Below are positions 61,434 to 64,000 of a stretch of 64,000 bases of DNA, in pieces. Below the pieces are notes generated by a model, which was given only the letters and a program-made list of their open reading frames with translations, was not told the origin of the DNA and searched no databases. Every line of letters begins with the position of its first letter. The stretch's first letter is position 1. The translations under genes were made by a program, and so were the position numbers. Origin of the DNA: Negaprion brevirostris (Eukaryota); the NCBI GenBank assembly GCA_030324005.1, contig JARDVH010000059.1:94977141-95041140 (forward strand). The letters run 5' to 3'.

Positions 61434-62248
61434 AGAATCATCGAGTTCTTGTAGTGCAGAAGGAGGCCATTTGGCCCATCAAGTCTGATTTTCTGAAAGA
61501 GCACCTGACCCAGGCCCTAATCTTGTAACACCCTATATTCACCCCACTAATCTACACATCTTTTGATTTGATTTATTATTATCACATGTATGAGCATACA
61601 GTGAAGAGTATTGTTTTTTGCACGCTACACAGACAAAGCAGACTATTCATAGAGAAGGAAACAAGAGAGTGCAGAATGTAGTGTTACAGTTATAGCTAGG
61701 GTGTAGCGAAAGATCAACTTAATGGAAGGTAGATCCATTCAAAAGTCTAATGGTAGCAGGGAAAAGCTGTCCTTGGGTCTGTTGGTACGTGACCTCAGAC
61801 TTTTGTATCTTTTTCCTGATGGGAGAAGGTGAAAGAGAGAATGTCCGGGATGCATGGGGTCCTTAATTATGCCGGCTGCTTCGCCGAAGCAGCAGGAAGT
61901 GCAGACAGAGTCAATGGATGGGAGGTTGGTTTGCGTGATGGATTGGGCTACATTCATGACCTTTTATAGTTCCTTGTGGTCTTGAGCAGAACAGGAGCCA
62001 TACCAAGCTGTGATACAACCAGAAAGAATGCTTTCCATGGTGCATCTTAGGAAAATTTTTACATGGCCAATCCATCTAAGCTGCACATCTTTGGACTGTG
62101 GGAGGAAACGGGAGCATCCGGAGGAAAACCAAGCTGACACATGGAGAACATGTAAACTCCACACAAAGATTGCCCAATGCTGGAATTGCACCCGGGTCCC
62201 TGGCACTGTGAGGCAGTACTGTTAACCACTCTGCCACCTTGCCGCCCC
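61434..62248 (-). mobile_element. V-type SINE split by a LINE insertion (SINE parts 61434-61564 and 62048-62248)
   Basis: Tail agaatca..gtgcagaaggaggccatttggccc; head and V domain ..tggcactgtgaggcagtactgttaaccactctgccaccttgccgccc. Confidence 0.8.
61565..62047 (-). mobile_element. Rex1/Babar-like LINE 3' fragment
   Basis: Minus ORFs ESILSGCITAWYG..L and IIKDPMHPGHSLFHLLPSGKRYKSL..RTNR.KDSF; tail AATAAATCAAATC. Confidence 0.8.
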
Positions 62249-63930
62249 TTTTCTTCAACGTTGCCATGACCTCACTAACTCTGGTCATATATCCCATGGA
62301 GTCCCAACCCTCAGTGTACAAATGGGTCATTTTCATGATGATCCATCTACACTGTCTCATTCTTCCATAAGTTTAAATCTCTCCAGTTGTAACAAATACA
62401 GCAGTGATTTTTCAAATATTACTGCATATTTCTGTCACTACCTTTGTGAATGCTGGAACAGTCCCTGCCAAGGCACTCAGTGGATTTCTTTCACTCACTG
62501 AGAGAGAAAGGAGCAAAGGGTGAAAGATTACAAAATGGGAAATTGAAAGAGAAATAGAGAAAGGAGAGCAAGAAGGAAAGACAGGAAGAAAAACAGGAAA
62601 AAAGACAGGAAGAAGCAACGCATTAGCGCTCACGTATCTAATAAAACATAAAACTGCGCTAATACTTCCTGGGTGAGTTGATAGCTCAGGTATATTGTCC
62701 GTGACTTTATTCCCACTCCCAGAGTTTGTTTAAGGCTGGCATGCCTGCTGTCCAGACAAGTGCAAACATTGGCACTGGTCCAGTCAGAGGTCTCCAGCAC
62801 AATAATTCAGGATTAGTCTACGCTGTCAGTGAGAGGGATCATTACTGACCACAAATGTTTATCTGAGCAGCAAGATTTCACATCTGCCTTCTTCACTTCA
62901 CAGTCTATTCATTTTTGCAAAAACCAGATAACTGAAAATGAATCAGGGAACAGGCAAGGCAGACCAAATCATGTGTGACAAATACAAACACAGCAGAATA
63001 AACTGCTTCCTNNNNNNNNNNNNNNNNNNNNNNNNNNNNNNNNNNNNNNNNNNNNNNNNNNNNNNNNNNNNNNNNNNNNNNNNNNNNNNNNNNNNNNNNN
63101 NNNNNNNNNNNCTTTACCCCTCCATCCTGTTTTCAACAAAGGGAACTTGCCAATGATGTCTTGGCCATCATGGATTAAAATAAATGTTTGAGAGGCTGTT
63201 GTCTTTGCATCTCTGCTGCCAGACTGGATTATCAAATACAAATGGCCTTTAATGTTGCTCTCTTTGAAGTTGGGCTGTGCACTCCCCAGGTGATTGTAGG
63301 TCCTCAGATAACAAGGATGTGAGATTTTTGAAACTGCTGCGTGGTTTCTTTTGTTCTGGGGTCACAGACACATGGTTCCAACCATTTTAAGGTTCTTTGT
63401 TCAGTTTTTAAATTTTAAAAATAGCCATATGGATATCTAATATGCTGTTCTGCAAGATGTACAGTGTGAAGTCTTAGTCCCTCATAACATATAGAGAGCA
63501 TGTGCCAAATATATATACTTTAAAAGCCTTGTTTGATAGTGCACTCTAATAAATTGGCATGGTTTTGTGAATGGCATTATCACTATAGTTTGCCAAGTAC
63601 TTGCTGAAGTACATGTTTTCAGGCAAATCCTTGGTTTTGTACTTAGAAACACAGAGTTTTAAAACGCCAAGAACCATAAGTTGCACAAACAAATGTGCTA
63701 TAATTGTAATGCTACACACAACTATAAAAGTGATGCAGAAGATATACTGTGGATTGCCAGGATCTTGCCAAGGTTAAAGAGGGAATAGGCTCGAGAAGTT
63801 GGATCTTCTAATTTAAATTTGCGAAATTTCTGTGAGTGGATAGCGCTCTTTCTGATTAAAGTTATTTTGAGGTAAAGTGTGATCAGTTGGTTTACGCGAT
63901 GTGATTGTGAGATTGAAAATGTAAGTTAAA

Positions 63931-64000
63931 CATAGAACATTACAGTGCAGTACAGGCCCTTCGGCCCTCTGTTGCGCCAACCAGTGAAACCAATCTAATG
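63931..64000 (-). mobile_element. CR1 3' terminus, continuing out of the window
   Basis: catagaacattacagtgcagtacaggcccttcggccc is the reverse of the tail at 3586-3660. Confidence 0.75.

Overview
Vertebrate genomic DNA, most likely a shark or other elasmobranch (inferred from HE1/V-type SINEs, abundant CR1 and L2 LINE fragments and Penelope-like relics), from a gappy short-read-style assembly. The window lies inside one + strand gene, UBR5 (EDD1/HYD, HECT E3 ubiquitin ligase). I traced 37 coding exons with GT-AG boundaries and consistent phases, from the end of the N-terminal RCC1-like region through the UBR-box zinc finger, acidic region and MLLE/PABC domain into the HECT N-lobe. Both gene ends lie outside the window. 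One conserved ~79-codon coding segment is absent and probably hidden in an under-sized gap. Protein comparisons use my recollection of human UBR5, not a database search, and repeat boundaries are approximate. I found no evidence for a new multi-gene system. The best leads are post-transcriptional: an RBFOX/QKI-motif-dense intron with a candidate poison or terminal exon before MLLE/HECT, a candidate 42-nt cassette exon, a recursive-splice-type site, and Penelope-derived palindromes carrying decayed minimal hammerhead ribozyme cores.
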